This document shows positions 1 through 11,100 of a stretch of 64,000 bases of DNA, piece by piece. The DNA lies in the NCBI GenBank assembly GCA_963422375.2, contig CAXXKD010000001.1, positions 416,001 to 480,000 on the forward strand, in the 5' to 3' direction. Numbering within the stretch: the stretch's first letter is position 1; every line of letters begins with the position of its first letter. Source of the DNA: Bryobacterales bacterium. GTDB taxonomy: Bacteria; Acidobacteriota; Terriglobia; Bryobacterales; UBA6623. The translations under genes and the position numbers were made by a program. The notes beneath the pieces are model-generated. The model did no database searches. It was not told where the DNA came from and worked only from the letters and a program-made list of their open reading frames with translations.

Positions 1-2
1 GC

Positions 3-212
3 CGGCTCGAACGTGGCGGCGAGCCCGTTCTGGTGTGTCGCAGGCGAACGCCGGCCGCGGTCCTCGTAAGCCTCGAGGATTACTGCGAACGGTTCCTCGA
101 CCGCGTTGCCGATGATCGGCGACGAGAAGTGGTCGCCCGGTTGAAGCAGCTTGAATTCCAGTCGCCGGCTGTCCGAACGACCCTCGACGCGCTGCGCGAC
201 TTGCGGTCGTGA
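3..212 (+). CDS. Phd/YefM-family antitoxin, 5' end outside the window
   Basis: Not in the ORF track; translated by hand from nt 3: RLERGGEPVLVCRRRTPAAVLVSLEDYCERFLDRVADDRRREVVARLKQLEF...RS*. The GEPVLV.R...PAAVLVS.EDY pattern is typical of Phd/YefM. Its TGA overlaps the next GTG (GTGA, 209-212). Confidence 0.75.
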   Translation, partial: RLERGGEPVLVCRRRTPAAVLVSLEDYCERFLDRVADDRRREVVARLKQLEFQSPAVRTTLDALRDLRS

Positions 213-385
213 TCGTGCTGGCGCAGGCCCTGTCGGAACTGACCCGATCTGCGCGGGAACGTGATGCACTCCCTGCACACCGCGGTTCTGATGCGCGAGC
301 ACGGCGTCAGCCGCATCCAAACCCGCGATGTCGGTTCCGTCAGTTCCGGTTGCTGACAGTGGACGACCCGCTCGGAGAGTGGTGA
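209..385 (+). pseudogene. VapC/PIN-domain toxin remnant with internal deletion and two frameshifts
   Basis: Starts MIVL, then jumps to AQALSEL[+1]PDLRGNVMHSLHTAVLMREHGVSRIQTRDV[-1]FRQFRLLTVDDPL, which matches the PIN C-terminal pattern (GN..HD.H.A.LM.EHG...I.TRD.DF). Confidence 0.7.
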
Positions 386-407
386 TGGTGCGGCCAAGGT
401 GATGGCG

Positions 408-1586
408 ATGCAGATCGAACACATCGCCATACGGAACTACCGGGCCTTCAGGCACGCGGAATTCGAGAAGTTGCCGAGGATGATGGCGGTAGTCGGCGCG
501 AACGGTACCGGCAAATCCACGTTTTTCGACGTGCTGACGTTCCTGCAGGACGCACTGGCCCGGAACGCGGAATCAGCCGTCGCCCGGCGCGGGGGGTTCC
601 GCGAGCTGGTCAGCCGCGGACAGAGCGGACCGGTGGGAGTGACGATCAAGTTCCGCGAAGAGGACGGACCGCTCGCCACCTACCTGCTGGACGTGGCCGC
701 GAACAACGGCCGCGTGGTCGTGGAGCGGGAAATCCTGCGCTACCGGCGCGGAACGGGCGCGGGGCGGCCGTGGCACTTCGTTGACTTTTCACGGGGTTCG
801 GGACAGGCGATTACGAATGAAGGCGCCTATGGCGAGCCGGGCGCCAGGATGGAAAGGAAGGCATACCGTCTGGGCGATCCGAGCATCCTGGCCATCAAGG
901 GTCTCGGGCAGTTCAGCGAGTTCCGGGTTGTATCCGAGTTCCGGAGCATGATCGAGAACTGGCACGTCTCCGATTTCCACATCGCCGACGCCAGACCCAG
1001 TGCGGAAGCCGGCTGCGCCGAGCACCTTTCCACCCGCGGCGACAACGTGGCGCAGGTTGCGCAGTACCTGTACCGGAACCACCGTGAACGCTTCGAACGC
1101 GTGCTGACCGTCATGCGGCGGCGCATCCCCGGGATGAGCCGCGTCGAGGCGAAACCGACCGAAGATGGCCGGCTCGTTCTGCGTTTCAAGGACGGCAGCT
1201 TCAGCGATCCATTCATCGCCCGCTACGTTTCCGACGGCACCGTCAAGATGTTCGCCTATCTCGTCCTGCTCCACGATCCCAAACCCCATCCGCTGCTGGC
1301 GATCGAGGAACCGGAGAACCAGCTCTACCCGGAACTGCTGGAAGAGCTGGCCGAGGAATTTCGCGACTACGCCCGGCGCGGAGGCCAAGCGTTCGTGTCG
1401 ACGCACTCGCCCGATTTTCTGAACGGCGCACGGATCGAGGAGATCTTCTGCCTAGTCAAGCGGAGTGGTTTCACAACCGTGCGGCGGGCGTCCGACAGCG
1501 AAACGCTGTGCCGGCTCGTCGACGAAGGCGACCGGCCCGGTGCCTTGTGGAAGCAGGGGCTGCTCGAGAACGCGGATCTCCCATGA
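408..1586 (+). CDS. ABC-type ATPase, AAA_21/AAA_15 family
   Basis: IRNYRAF start, Walker A GANGTGKST, signature variant VSDGT, Walker B/D-loop AIEEPENQLYP, H-loop STHSP. AAGGTG lies upstream of ATG 408. Confidence 0.85.
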   Translation: MQIEHIAIRNYRAFRHAEFEKLPRMMAVVGANGTGKSTFFDVLTFLQDALARNAESAVARRGGFRELVSRGQSGPVGVTIKFREEDGPLATYLLDVAANNGRVVVEREILRYRRGTGAGRPWHFVDFSRGSGQAITNEGAYGEPGARMERKAYRLGDPSILAIKGLGQFSEFRVVSEFRSMIENWHVSDFHIADARPSAEAGCAEHLSTRGDNVAQVAQYLYRNHRERFERVLTVMRRRIPGMSRVEAKPTEDGRLVLRFKDGSFSDPFIARYVSDGTVKMFAYLVLLHDPKPHPLLAIEEPENQLYPELLEELAEEFRDYARRGGQAFVSTHSPDFLNGARIEEIFCLVKRSGFTTVRRASDSETLCRLVDEGDRPGALWKQGLLENADLP

Positions 1587-2161
1587 GCCGCGTCATCTTC
1601 CTGCTCGAGGAACGCTCGATGAAGGCGCTGCTCGAGAAGCTTCTTCCGCGAGTCGTCCAGGATCTCCCGTTCCTCTGCGTGCCGCATGAAGGAAAGGCCG
1701 ATCTGGAAAAGAGTGCGCCTAGGAAGATCCGCGCATGGAGGGAACCGGGTGTGCGGTTCGTGATCGTGCGGGACCAGAACGGCGGCGACTGTCGCGCCGT
1801 CAAGAGTCGATTGTTGCGTGTGTGTCAATAGGCCGGACGTACCGATGTGCTCGTGCGCATCGTGTGCCGTGAACTTGAAGCCTGGTACCTGGGAGAATCC
1901 GCTGCGCTTGCCGACGTGTACGGCGACGACGGACTCCGGGGAATCGAAAGGCAGGCGCGGTTCAGGGACCCGGATGCGGTCGCGCATCCGGCTAGGGTGG
2001 TGTCCGATCTGGTCTCGGAATTCCAGAAAATCTCCGGGGCGCAGCAGCTCGGCGCACGCCTTACTCGGGAGGGGAATCGGTCTCGCAGCTTCCAGGTGTT
2101 GCTGGATGGATTGGATCGCATCGCCACGGAGTTGCATGCGAGTCGCCCTGTGCAACGATGA
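1583..2161 (+). pseudogene. DUF4276-family (TOPRIM-like) protein interrupted by one in-frame TAG at 1829-1831
   Basis: ORFs 1583-1831 and 1847-2161 share a frame. Motifs: FLLEERS, HEGKADLEK, VRDQNGGDC, ELEAWYLG, NRSRSF. ATGA overlaps with both neighbouring genes. Confidence 0.75.
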
Positions 2162-4656
2162 GGACTGTGCGGAAGAAGCTGATCGAGGTCGCCCTGCCGC
2201 TCGACGCCATCAATGCGGCGGCGGCGCGGGAGAAATCGATTCGCCACGGTCATCCCTCGACGCTGCATCTGTGGTGGGCGCGGCGGCCGCTGGCGGCGGC
2301 GCGGGCAGTCCTCTTCGCGCAGCTGGTGGACGATCCGTCGGCGCGTCCGGACCTGTTTCCCACGGAGAAGGCCCGGGAGCGGGAACGCGAGCGGCTGTTC
2401 GGCATCCTCCGGGACCTCGTCGTGTGGGAGAACACCACCAACGAGACGGTGCTCGAGCGCGCGCGGGCCGAGATCCGGCGGAGCTGGCGGCGGGCGTGCG
2501 CCGAGCACGCCGGCCATCCGCGTGCGCCCGAACTGTTCGACCCGGATCGCCTGCCGGCGTTCCACGACCCGTTCGCGGGCGGCGGTTCGCTGCCGCTGGA
2601 GGCGCAGCGCCTCGGCCTCGAGGCCCACGCGAGCGACCTGAACCCGGTGGCGGTGCTGATCAACAAGGCGATGATCGAGATCCCGCCGCGGTTCGCGGGC
2701 CGGGCGCCGGTGCATCCGGATGCCCGGGCCGAGCGGAACCTCGTCGAGAAGGCATGGCGCGGCGCGCGGGGGCTGGCCGAGGACGTGCGGCGCTACGGGC
2801 GGTGGATGCGGGAGGCGGCGGCGGAGCGGATCGGGCATCTGTACCCGGCGGTGGAGGTCACGCCGGCGCTGGTGCGGGAGCGTCCGGACCTGCAGCGGTA
2901 CCAAGGCCGCAAGCTGACGGTGATTGCGTGGCTGTGGGCGCGGACGGTGCGGAGTCCGAACCCGGCGTTCGCGGACGTGGAGGTGCCGCTGGCGTCGACG
3001 TGGATGCTGTCGACGAAGAAGGGCCGGGAGGCGCATGTCGAGCCGGTGATCGAGGGGCGGGGGTATCGGTTCGAGGTGAAGGTCGGCGCGCCGCCGGATG
3101 CGGCAGCTGCCAAGCGGGGCACGAAGGCTGGCGGCAGCGGCAAGCCTTTCCTCTGCCTGATGTCGGGAACGCCGATGCCGTTCGACTACCTGCGGGCGGA
3201 GGGCAAGGCGGGACGGATGGGTTCACGTCTGCTCGCAGTCGTAGCGGAGGGCGACCGCGGCCGAATCTACCTGTCGCCAACTGCTGGGCAGGCACTCGCG
3301 AGCCATGAAGCCAAGCCGGGGTGGACTCCGGAGACCGATCTGCCCCAAAGGGCGCTCGGTTTCCGCGTTCAAGAGTACGGGATGCTTCGCTGGCGGGACC
3401 TCTTCACATCCCGCCAGCTTGTCGCCCTCACTACCTTCTCCGACCTGGTGGGGGAGGCGGTGGATCGCGTCCGCCGCGACGCCGCGGCGGCAGGGCTGCC
3501 CGAGGACGGCAAGCCGCTGCGCGACGGCGGGACGGGCGCGACCGCGTACGCCGAGGCGGTGTCCCTGTATCTGGCGTTGGCGGTGGATCGATTGGCGATG
3601 AGTGGGAACAGCCTTGTTCGGTGGAACCCCGTTGGACAAAAAGCTCAACACTGCTTTGGGCGGCAAGCGCTTCCGATGGTGTGGGATTACGCCGAACCAA
3701 ATTTTCTGGGAACCGCCACGGGCAGCGTCGACGCCGCCATCACGTGTGTGGTCGACCCTCTGACTATCGCCCTGCCTCCGCACGTACCTGGGGTGACTGA
3801 CCAAGCGGACGCTACGACAAGAGAGCTGCAGTCGTCGTCACGGATGATCTCAACGGACCCACCGTACTACGACAACATCGGCTACGCGGACCTGTCGGAC
3901 TTCTTCTACGTCTGGCTCCGACGGTCCCTGAAGCCGGTGTTCCCCAATCTGTTCGCAACGCTGGCGGTCCCGAAGGCGGAGGAACTGGTCGCCACGCCGT
4001 ACCGGCACGGGAGCAAGAAGGCTGCGGAGGACTTTTTTCTCGACGGAATGACACAGGCGCTTCAACGGCTCGCGGAACAGTCTCATCCCGGCTTCCCCGT
4101 GACGGTCTACTACGCCTTCAAGCAATCCGAGCGGAAGGGGGATGGCGGCATCGCCAGCACCGGCTGGGAAACATTCCTGTCCGCCGTTATCGGTACCGGC
4201 TTCGCCATCACCGGCACGTGGCCGATGCGGACCGAGCTGGGCAACCGCATGGTCGGCATGGGCACCAACGCCCTCGCCTCCAGCATCGTCCTCGTGTGCC
4301 GCCGGCGCCCGGCGGCCACGCGCCGCGAGTTCCTGGCCGCCCTGCGCGCGGAGCTGCCCCCGGCGCTGCGCCTGCTGCAGTCCGGCAACATCGCCCCCGT
4401 CGATCTCGCCCAGGCCGCCATCGGCCCCGGCATGGCCGTTTACACGCGCTACGGGAGGGTGCTGGACGCCGAGGGCCGGACGCTCTCGGTGCGGGAGGCT
4501 CTCGCGCTGGGCGCTCGAGTGGTTCGCGCAGGACGGCTTTGCCGAAGGCGGATTCGGAGACGCGGAGACGCTCTCCAAGGCGAAGAACACCGACGTCGCC
4601 AGCATCGTGTGTTGGTCAACGCGGTCCTTGAAAGGCGACGCACTACTCATTGTTAG
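2158..4656 (+). pseudogene. DUF1156-domain adenine-specific DNA methyltransferase, C-terminally deleted and frameshifted
   Basis: [22 protein letters not shown] motif DPFAGGGS and catalytic TDPPYY are present. Homology shifts frame at ~4505 (EALAL to [12 protein letters not shown]...[10 protein letters not shown]) and ends near 4610. Confidence 0.8.
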
Positions 4657-4735
4657 CAAGCTCACAGGCACCGACCTCGCGAGTCCGAACCCGATCTGTT
4701 GAGTCGCCACCTTGAGTGGATTCTTGGAGTTACAC

Positions 4736-7700
4736 TTACTCCGATTCGAATCCTTGACTGCTGAACTTCAGCGTGCGGCAGTTCTCTGTCACCGTTCGCA
4801 CGACGTGGTCGGGCGCGCCGTTCGGAATGGCCGCATCGATCTCGATCGTGACTGTGACGCTCGCTCCCGTGAGGCCAGCGAGGTGGGCAACCACTTCTTC
4901 AGAGATCCGGCCGGCGTCGCGCCCGGTGCGAGCGGCGTCGACCCCGACCGTGCCATGAAATCGGGCCGGACGTGGAGCAGGTGGCAGCGGTGGGCTAGGC
5001 CCGCGCCCAGGCCCAGTTACTCCGCCCTCGCTCTCTTGGTCGTACGGCGGGCGCGGTGTGTCAGTTTCTTTCTCCGCATCGATCTGTCGTTGAGCGACAT
5101 CGGCCTTGACTATCAGTCCGGCCGAGTACTCGTCGTTGAGGTTGATGATCTGGCCGCCACGCAATCCCACATAGCGACCGGTCTGTTCGTCGAAACTGTC
5201 CGCGTACCCGAAGCTATCGTCAATCCACGTCACTAGCCCGACGCCGTCGGCGACGGCTTGTAGCAAGACTGCAGGATCCAGCAGCCGCGGCAGGTACGGA
5301 TACTGTGCGAAGTCTTCTATGAGCTGCTGGACCGCCACGTGGTTTCCCCTCCACAGCGGTATCTGATCAAGTGCCAGCCGGAGTCGCGTGCCTGCGAATC
5401 GATGGGCTAGCACGTCGTCTCTCCTGAGCCGTTCGGCTACGCGGGCCGCTAATCCTTCCTTTCCGGTCAACCGCGTAGCTTCCAATGTGATCGGATCGGT
5501 CGGCGCGTCCTGGACCGGGGCTAGCAGCCACTGATACGTCTCCGGAAGCCTAGCTTCGACTGTTTGGTTAGCTGTGTTCACCTGCGTCTCCGCCTGTTTC
5601 ACCTGATTGGGCGAGAGATTGAGCGCCTCCCGCTCTGCAACGATCGAGCTCCACGCTATGTGGCGGCGTACCGCATCGTCAAGGTCTTGAAGCCTCGTCT
5701 TGTCCGGTGCAAGGAAGACGAGACAATTGCAGTACAAGCGCGGCGCGGCCCCCCGTGACTTGAGAATGTCATTGGCCGCAGTCTCCGCCGGGGAGTCGCC
5801 ACTTCTTTGGTGCGGGTGCTCCGTCCCGAGCACTACCAGGCGCGTCTCCCGCTCGTCGGGGACGTCGTGGCCGGATTCCGGCGCGCGATGGATCCCTCGA
5901 AAACCACCGGTCTCTTTGAGTGCATCGCGCAGTGCAGCGCTGATTGCTTGCGCCACGCGGTCCTCGTCGCCGCGGAGCTGCTCGGCACGGTCCTCGGCAA
6001 GTTTCGTAACGGTCGCCCGCGTGTCGTACCAGTACCGCGACCCGTCTTGGTACAGGTACGTGGCCGAAGCGGCCAATCGTCGAAGCGCATCGCCGAAGAC
6101 AGCCGGCGTTTCGCCTGGGAGCACGCAGCCGAGCTTGATCCTCCTGTCATCGAGGCCGCGGTGGGCCGCGCCCGCCGTGGGTGCCGATCCGAGATAGAGG
6201 GCACGTGCAACTCGTCGGCAAGCCGAGAACTTGCCCAAGGCTGCCACGTTGCTGTCTATCCGCTGTGGAAGGGCGTTCTGGCCGTCGACATCCTTCTCGA
6301 TCACGGGCGTCCAGTTGTCCGGCAGGTAGCGGGTCAGTTCCGACAGCACTTGCGGGTCGTCGATCGACAGGTGGGCGGGCAGGATCAACGGGTTGCGGTC
6401 GCCCTTTTCCCACAGGCTGTGGATGACCGCCGCCATCAGCCTCAGCACGCCCCGGGTGCGCTGGAACGTCACCAGAGTTGACCAATCGGTGTACAGTCGG
6501 TCAAAAATCTCTGGGTGGATCGGGTAGGCGGCCCTCAGCCGCTTCTCGTAATCGGCATCCCGACACTCCGACGGAAACTCCTGATGCGCCGTGCGATAGA
6601 GGCGGGCGAACGTCTGGGCGACGACGTCGCGGTCCTTGAATTGCTCGGGGGCGGCTAGCGGTTCGAACAATCGCCGCCGGACGATCTCGAACCCCTCCTC
6701 GGCACTGGCCGGCCGCCACGACGACTCGACGCGCCCGACGACGTTCCGCAGGCGTTCGAGCGCTTCCCGACCGCGGTGCCCGCCCACCTCCACGTCGTCC
6801 AGCTGCGCATGGGGAAACCCTGTTGTGTCCGAGGCCGGGAGACTAATCACGAGCAGGCAGTTGCCAACAGCCTTCGCCGACTCGGTGAGCGCTTGGGCGA
6901 AGGTGAACTGGGTCTCGAAGCTGCCGGCTGGCAGGTCGCTCTGGTCGTGGAGCTGGCGCGCGTAGGCGACCCACTCGTCGATCAGGATCAGGCAAGGCCC
7001 GTGATCGGCAAGAATCTGGCGGAGCCTGTCGCCTGGGCTCGTCGCATGCTTGTCGTCGTCGGCTACGCGCGCGTACGCACGTGCGCCTCCCATCTGCCAC
7101 GCCAACTCGCCCCACAGCGTGCGCACGACCGTGCCGTCGGGCTTGGTGACGGGATTGCCTGGCGAGATCTTGTTGCCCACTAGGACGACCCGCCTCGCGG
7201 ACGGCAAGCTCGTTGCATCCGCCTCCTGAAGCACCGCTTCAATGCCTTCCAGTTCGCCTGGCATCGTGCCGGAGAACAGGTGATACAGGGCGAGCATCGA
7301 GTGGGTCTTGCCGCCCCCGAAATTGGTCTGAAGCTGGACCACGGGATCGCCGCCGCGACCGGCGAGGCGCCGCACTGCGCCGACCAGCATTCCTCGGAGG
7401 CTCTGCGTGAGGTAGGTGCGACGGTAGAACTCGACCGGATCGCGATAGGCGGGGGTCCCTTCGTTGAGGTGGACCTGCCAGAGATCAGCGGCGAATTCTG
7501 CCTGCTGATACCGCCCGCTTGCCACGTCTTGGTGCGGCGCGACCACCTCGCGCCACGACTTGAGCCCTCCGGTCGCGGCGCTGCCGATGGGGAGGCTGGC
7601 CTGCTTGCGTCGTTCTCCCCGCGCCTGCTCGTCGAATCGGACGCGCAGGAGCTCCATCTTGAGCCTCTCGACGTCGGTTGCTTGCGTGGCCGAGACGGCC

Positions 7701-8062
7701 GTTAGCAGGAGGTTTGCAGTGTCGAGCACGCGGTACGCGTCGTCGCTGGAGAACCGCGCCTGATGCGCCCAGCGGTTTCTGTGGTCCCGCAACTCGGCGA
7801 CGAAGCTGCGCTCGGCTCGTCCGAGAGTTTCGCGGAACACCTCGTTCCACGTCTCCCACATCAGCTTGAGCAGCAGTTGGACGTCCCAATCGGTCACTTG
7901 CCGCTGGCCGATCGGGGCGCTTTCCACGAAGCGCTGCAGCGTGGATCCGTCCAGGCGCCGCGACTTGATCGCTTGCTGCACCTCTCGCCTTACGAACGGG
8001 CCGAGCCCTGCCCTCAAGAGCTCAAGCGCTCTTCCGACGCGCTCGTGGTTGGTGGCCGCCAT
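4736..8062 (-). CDS. DUF499 ATPase with N-terminal Swt1-like HEPN domain
   Basis: TNHERVGRALELL start, HEPN motif RNRWAH, EFAADL, Walker A QTNFGGGKTHS, Walker B LILIDE, AYPIHPE, FQRTRGVLRL. About 1108 aa and uninterrupted. Confidence 0.9.
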   Translation of the reverse strand: MAATNHERVGRALELLRAGLGPFVRREVQQAIKSRRLDGSTLQRFVESAPIGQRQVTDWDVQLLLKLMWETWNEVFRETLGRAERSFVAELRDHRNRWAHQARFSSDDAYRVLDTANLLLTAVSATQATDVERLKMELLRVRFDEQARGERRKQASLPIGSAATGGLKSWREVVAPHQDVASGRYQQAEFAADLWQVHLNEGTPAYRDPVEFYRRTYLTQSLRGMLVGAVRRLAGRGGDPVVQLQTNFGGGKTHSMLALYHLFSGTMPGELEGIEAVLQEADATSLPSARRVVLVGNKISPGNPVTKPDGTVVRTLWGELAWQMGGARAYARVADDDKHATSPGDRLRQILADHGPCLILIDEWVAYARQLHDQSDLPAGSFETQFTFAQALTESAKAVGNCLLVISLPASDTTGFPHAQLDDVEVGGHRGREALERLRNVVGRVESSWRPASAEEGFEIVRRRLFEPLAAPEQFKDRDVVAQTFARLYRTAHQEFPSECRDADYEKRLRAAYPIHPEIFDRLYTDWSTLVTFQRTRGVLRLMAAVIHSLWEKGDRNPLILPAHLSIDDPQVLSELTRYLPDNWTPVIEKDVDGQNALPQRIDSNVAALGKFSACRRVARALYLGSAPTAGAAHRGLDDRRIKLGCVLPGETPAVFGDALRRLAASATYLYQDGSRYWYDTRATVTKLAEDRAEQLRGDEDRVAQAISAALRDALKETGGFRGIHRAPESGHDVPDERETRLVVLGTEHPHQRSGDSPAETAANDILKSRGAAPRLYCNCLVFLAPDKTRLQDLDDAVRRHIAWSSIVAEREALNLSPNQVKQAETQVNTANQTVEARLPETYQWLLAPVQDAPTDPITLEATRLTGKEGLAARVAERLRRDDVLAHRFAGTRLRLALDQIPLWRGNHVAVQQLIEDFAQYPYLPRLLDPAVLLQAVADGVGLVTWIDDSFGYADSFDEQTGRYVGLRGGQIINLNDEYSAGLIVKADVAQRQIDAEKETDTPRPPYDQESEGGVTGPGRGPSPPLPPAPRPARFHGTVGVDAARTGRDAGRISEEVVAHLAGLTGASVTVTIEIDAAIPNGAPDHVVRTVTENCRTLKFSSQGFESE

Positions 8063-8151
8063 TTCCAACAGTCTATCTGTAGGCTGGCCACCGGCCCGGA
8101 ACCGCTTGATCCTCTGCTGGCGCCGTGCCGTCGGATCGGGCTTCGGCGCAG

Positions 8152-11100
8152 CTACTGCGGCTCCTCGGCCATCGCCAGCAGGTCCTTCATCGCGTAGTTG
8201 ACGCTCGCGGCGTTGAAGTCCGGCTCGCGTCGGAACGGCCGTCGGATGTAACCGACGTAGGGCTTCCGATCATCAAAGAAGAGGATGATCGCGAGAATGA
8301 AATTGTCCGGGTTGTTCAGCGAGTAGAGGATCTCGTTGCGCGTGACGGTGATGGTGTCCGCGTCGCTCCGTCGCCCCTTCACCTCTATGAACCGGAGCCT
8401 GCCGGAGGCCGGATCGCGGCTCTCGATGTCGTAGCCGAGCTTCTCGTACTCTCGGTCGGTCGGCTCGCGGCCGAGTCCGCGCTCGGTCTTCATCACAATG
8501 GACCGCGCTCGGGCGGCAGCCTCCTGCGTCTTGGCAGGCGGCTCTGGGACCGGTGCCCCTCCGGCCATTTCTGCGACCAGCCCGCGGGGGACGATCAATG
8601 CGCCGCCGAGCACGACCGGTGGACGCGGGGAGATCTGCGCCTCCCGGTCTAGCTGTTTCAGACGCTTCTCTAGTCGGGCTTGTAGGCTGTCCGCGCGGCG
8701 GCGCGCCTCGGCGGAATTTAGCCGTGCGCCGGACTTGCCAGCCTGCTCGGCCAGCTTGAGTTCCTCGGCGCGATGGTCCCAGAACGAAATCTCCTTGGTC
8801 AGGCGATCCTTCACTGCGGCCTTGGTCTTCTCGATCAGAGCAACGCGTGCGTCGCGGACTTCCGCGACGTGCTTCGGGACCACATGGACAACTGCGTGGC
8901 TCTGCACTCCCTGCTCGATTTCCCGATTGATCCATTTGCACTCGGCGCGTTCAAGGATAGTGGCCACGTCGGGCTCGTCCGCGGCCAGCGGCCGGTAGTC
9001 GAGATAAGGCGCGATGTGCAGATGCCGCATCGCGCCGTCGGCATGGCGCTCGACGTAGAGGACCCGCTTCGAGATGACCCGGCGCTCGCCCGTGCGGGTC
9101 ACGCTTCCGTCTTGCAAGGAATGCTCGATGGAGAAGAGAACTCGTGGACCCGTGCCGTCGTCGCGCTCGTCGACGAGGACGGTGCCGCGCTTGAGCAGGT
9201 CGCGATGGCGTTCCAGTGTCAGGTCGATGACCGCGTCAAGCAGAGGATGGCCCGGGCACACCAAGGCCGCTACCGGTTGGCGCGGCGGCGCGACGAGCGT
9301 TTTCTCGAACGCAATTCGTTCGTAGCGCGCGAGCACTGGCGCTCCCGTACCGCTCACTCGCTCGCGCCCGCGGACTGCCGGAGGGACATGGGTTACTTCG
9401 AAGCGGCGCGCCTCGCGTTGCCGCGCCGTGCCTCCGAGCCGCTGGAATGCCTCGCGAAAGAACGACTCGATGTAGTGCGGTTGGAGGCGGCGCGCTTCGG
9501 CCCTTTCCATCTCCTCGCGAACGCCCTGCACCCTGCGGGCGTCCATCGCGTCGTGGACGAGCTGCCTCTCCGCGAGCAGTTCCCGCAACGCGTCTTGGTC
9601 GAGCGCCTGATCGACGACCTTATCAAGGCGAGCACGCACCTCCGGCTGTCCGCCGTACCGAATAGCATCGAGTAGCAGCTCGCGTAGGGGACGCCCTTGG
9701 AACTCCAGCTTCCCGAGCACGTCGAACACTTGGCCGCCGAGCGCCTCTCGCGCTTGGTCGAGCTTTTCTAGCAGACGTTCGTAGACGTCCCCCTCGCGAG
9801 TCTTGTCGGCTACGAAGTTCCACAAGTGGCAGACCTCCGTCTGACCGATACGGTGGATGCGGCCGAATCGTTGTTCCAAGCGGTTCGGATTCCACGGAAG
9901 GTCGTAGTTCACCATGAGATGGGCATGCTGTAAGTTGATTCCTTCTCCTGCGGCGTCGGTTGCTAGGAGCACCCGGACGTCCGGGTCGTGCCGAAACGAT
10001 TCCTGAGCCGCGAGCCGTTCTTTGCGGCCCATGCTGCCGTGGATGACGACGACCGCCGACTCGCGGCCCAGCACGGTCGTGATGCGATCGCGGAGGTAAT
10101 GGAGCGTGTCCCGGTGCTCGGTGAAGATGACGAGCCGGGGCGGGGATGGCGACAGGCTTGCGCCGCCAGCGGAGTCTGCGACCGAACGTGCGGCTGCCTG
10201 CGTCGCTGAATCAGTCGAAGTGATTTTCGTGCCGAGCAGGCTCGCTAGCTCGCGCCATTTCGTGTCCAGGCGGGAATTGCGGACGACGCGGGCAAGACCC
10301 TGCAATTGCTTGAGTGTCTCGATCTCCGCGCGCAACTCCCTGATCGAACGTGCGGCTGTTGCTTGGTCGCCGATGCGTCCCTCGGCGTCGTGGCTCTCCT
10401 GTTCAGGTAGGTCGTCAAGGTCGTCAAGGTCGTCTCGGTCCAGCTCCGGGGCTGCGAAGAGCAAAGCCGGCTCTAGCTTGCCGCCGCGCTGGAGTTCCTC
10501 GAGCTCGCGCAGTCGGCTCTCCAGGCGCTCCCGTCGACGGCGCAGGGACTCGTATATCGCAGCCGGAGACGACGCGAGCCTCCGCTGGAGGATGGTCAGC
10601 GCGAATCCGACAGTCCGCGCCTGCTTGGCGTTCGCGAGCGCGTCCGCCCGATTGAACTCCTCGCGCACGTAATCCGTCACTTTCGAGTACAGACGGTCCT
10701 CGTCATCGGACAGCTTGAACGGTACGGTGTGGGCGATTCGCTTCGGAAACAACGGCTTTCCGTCGAACGTCAGCAGCCTCTCCTTGACCATGCGGCGCAT
10801 CAGGTCCGTGACGTCTACTGTGTGGACGCCGTCCCGGAACCGGCCCTCGAAGCGGTCCCCGTCCAGCAGGGCAAGGAATAGCTGGAAGTCTTCGTCCTTG
10901 CCGTTGTGCGGGGTTGCTGTCATTAGCAGGAGATGGCGGGTCAGGCCAGAAAGGAGTTGGGCCAGCCTGTACCGCTTCGTGTACTTGATTTCCCCGCCGA
11001 AGAAGGTTGCCGAAAGCTTGTGGGCCTCGTCGCAGACCACAAGGTCCCAGGCTGCGTCCGGTGCCTGCAGCTTCTCTTGGACGGTCTCGTCGCGCGACAG

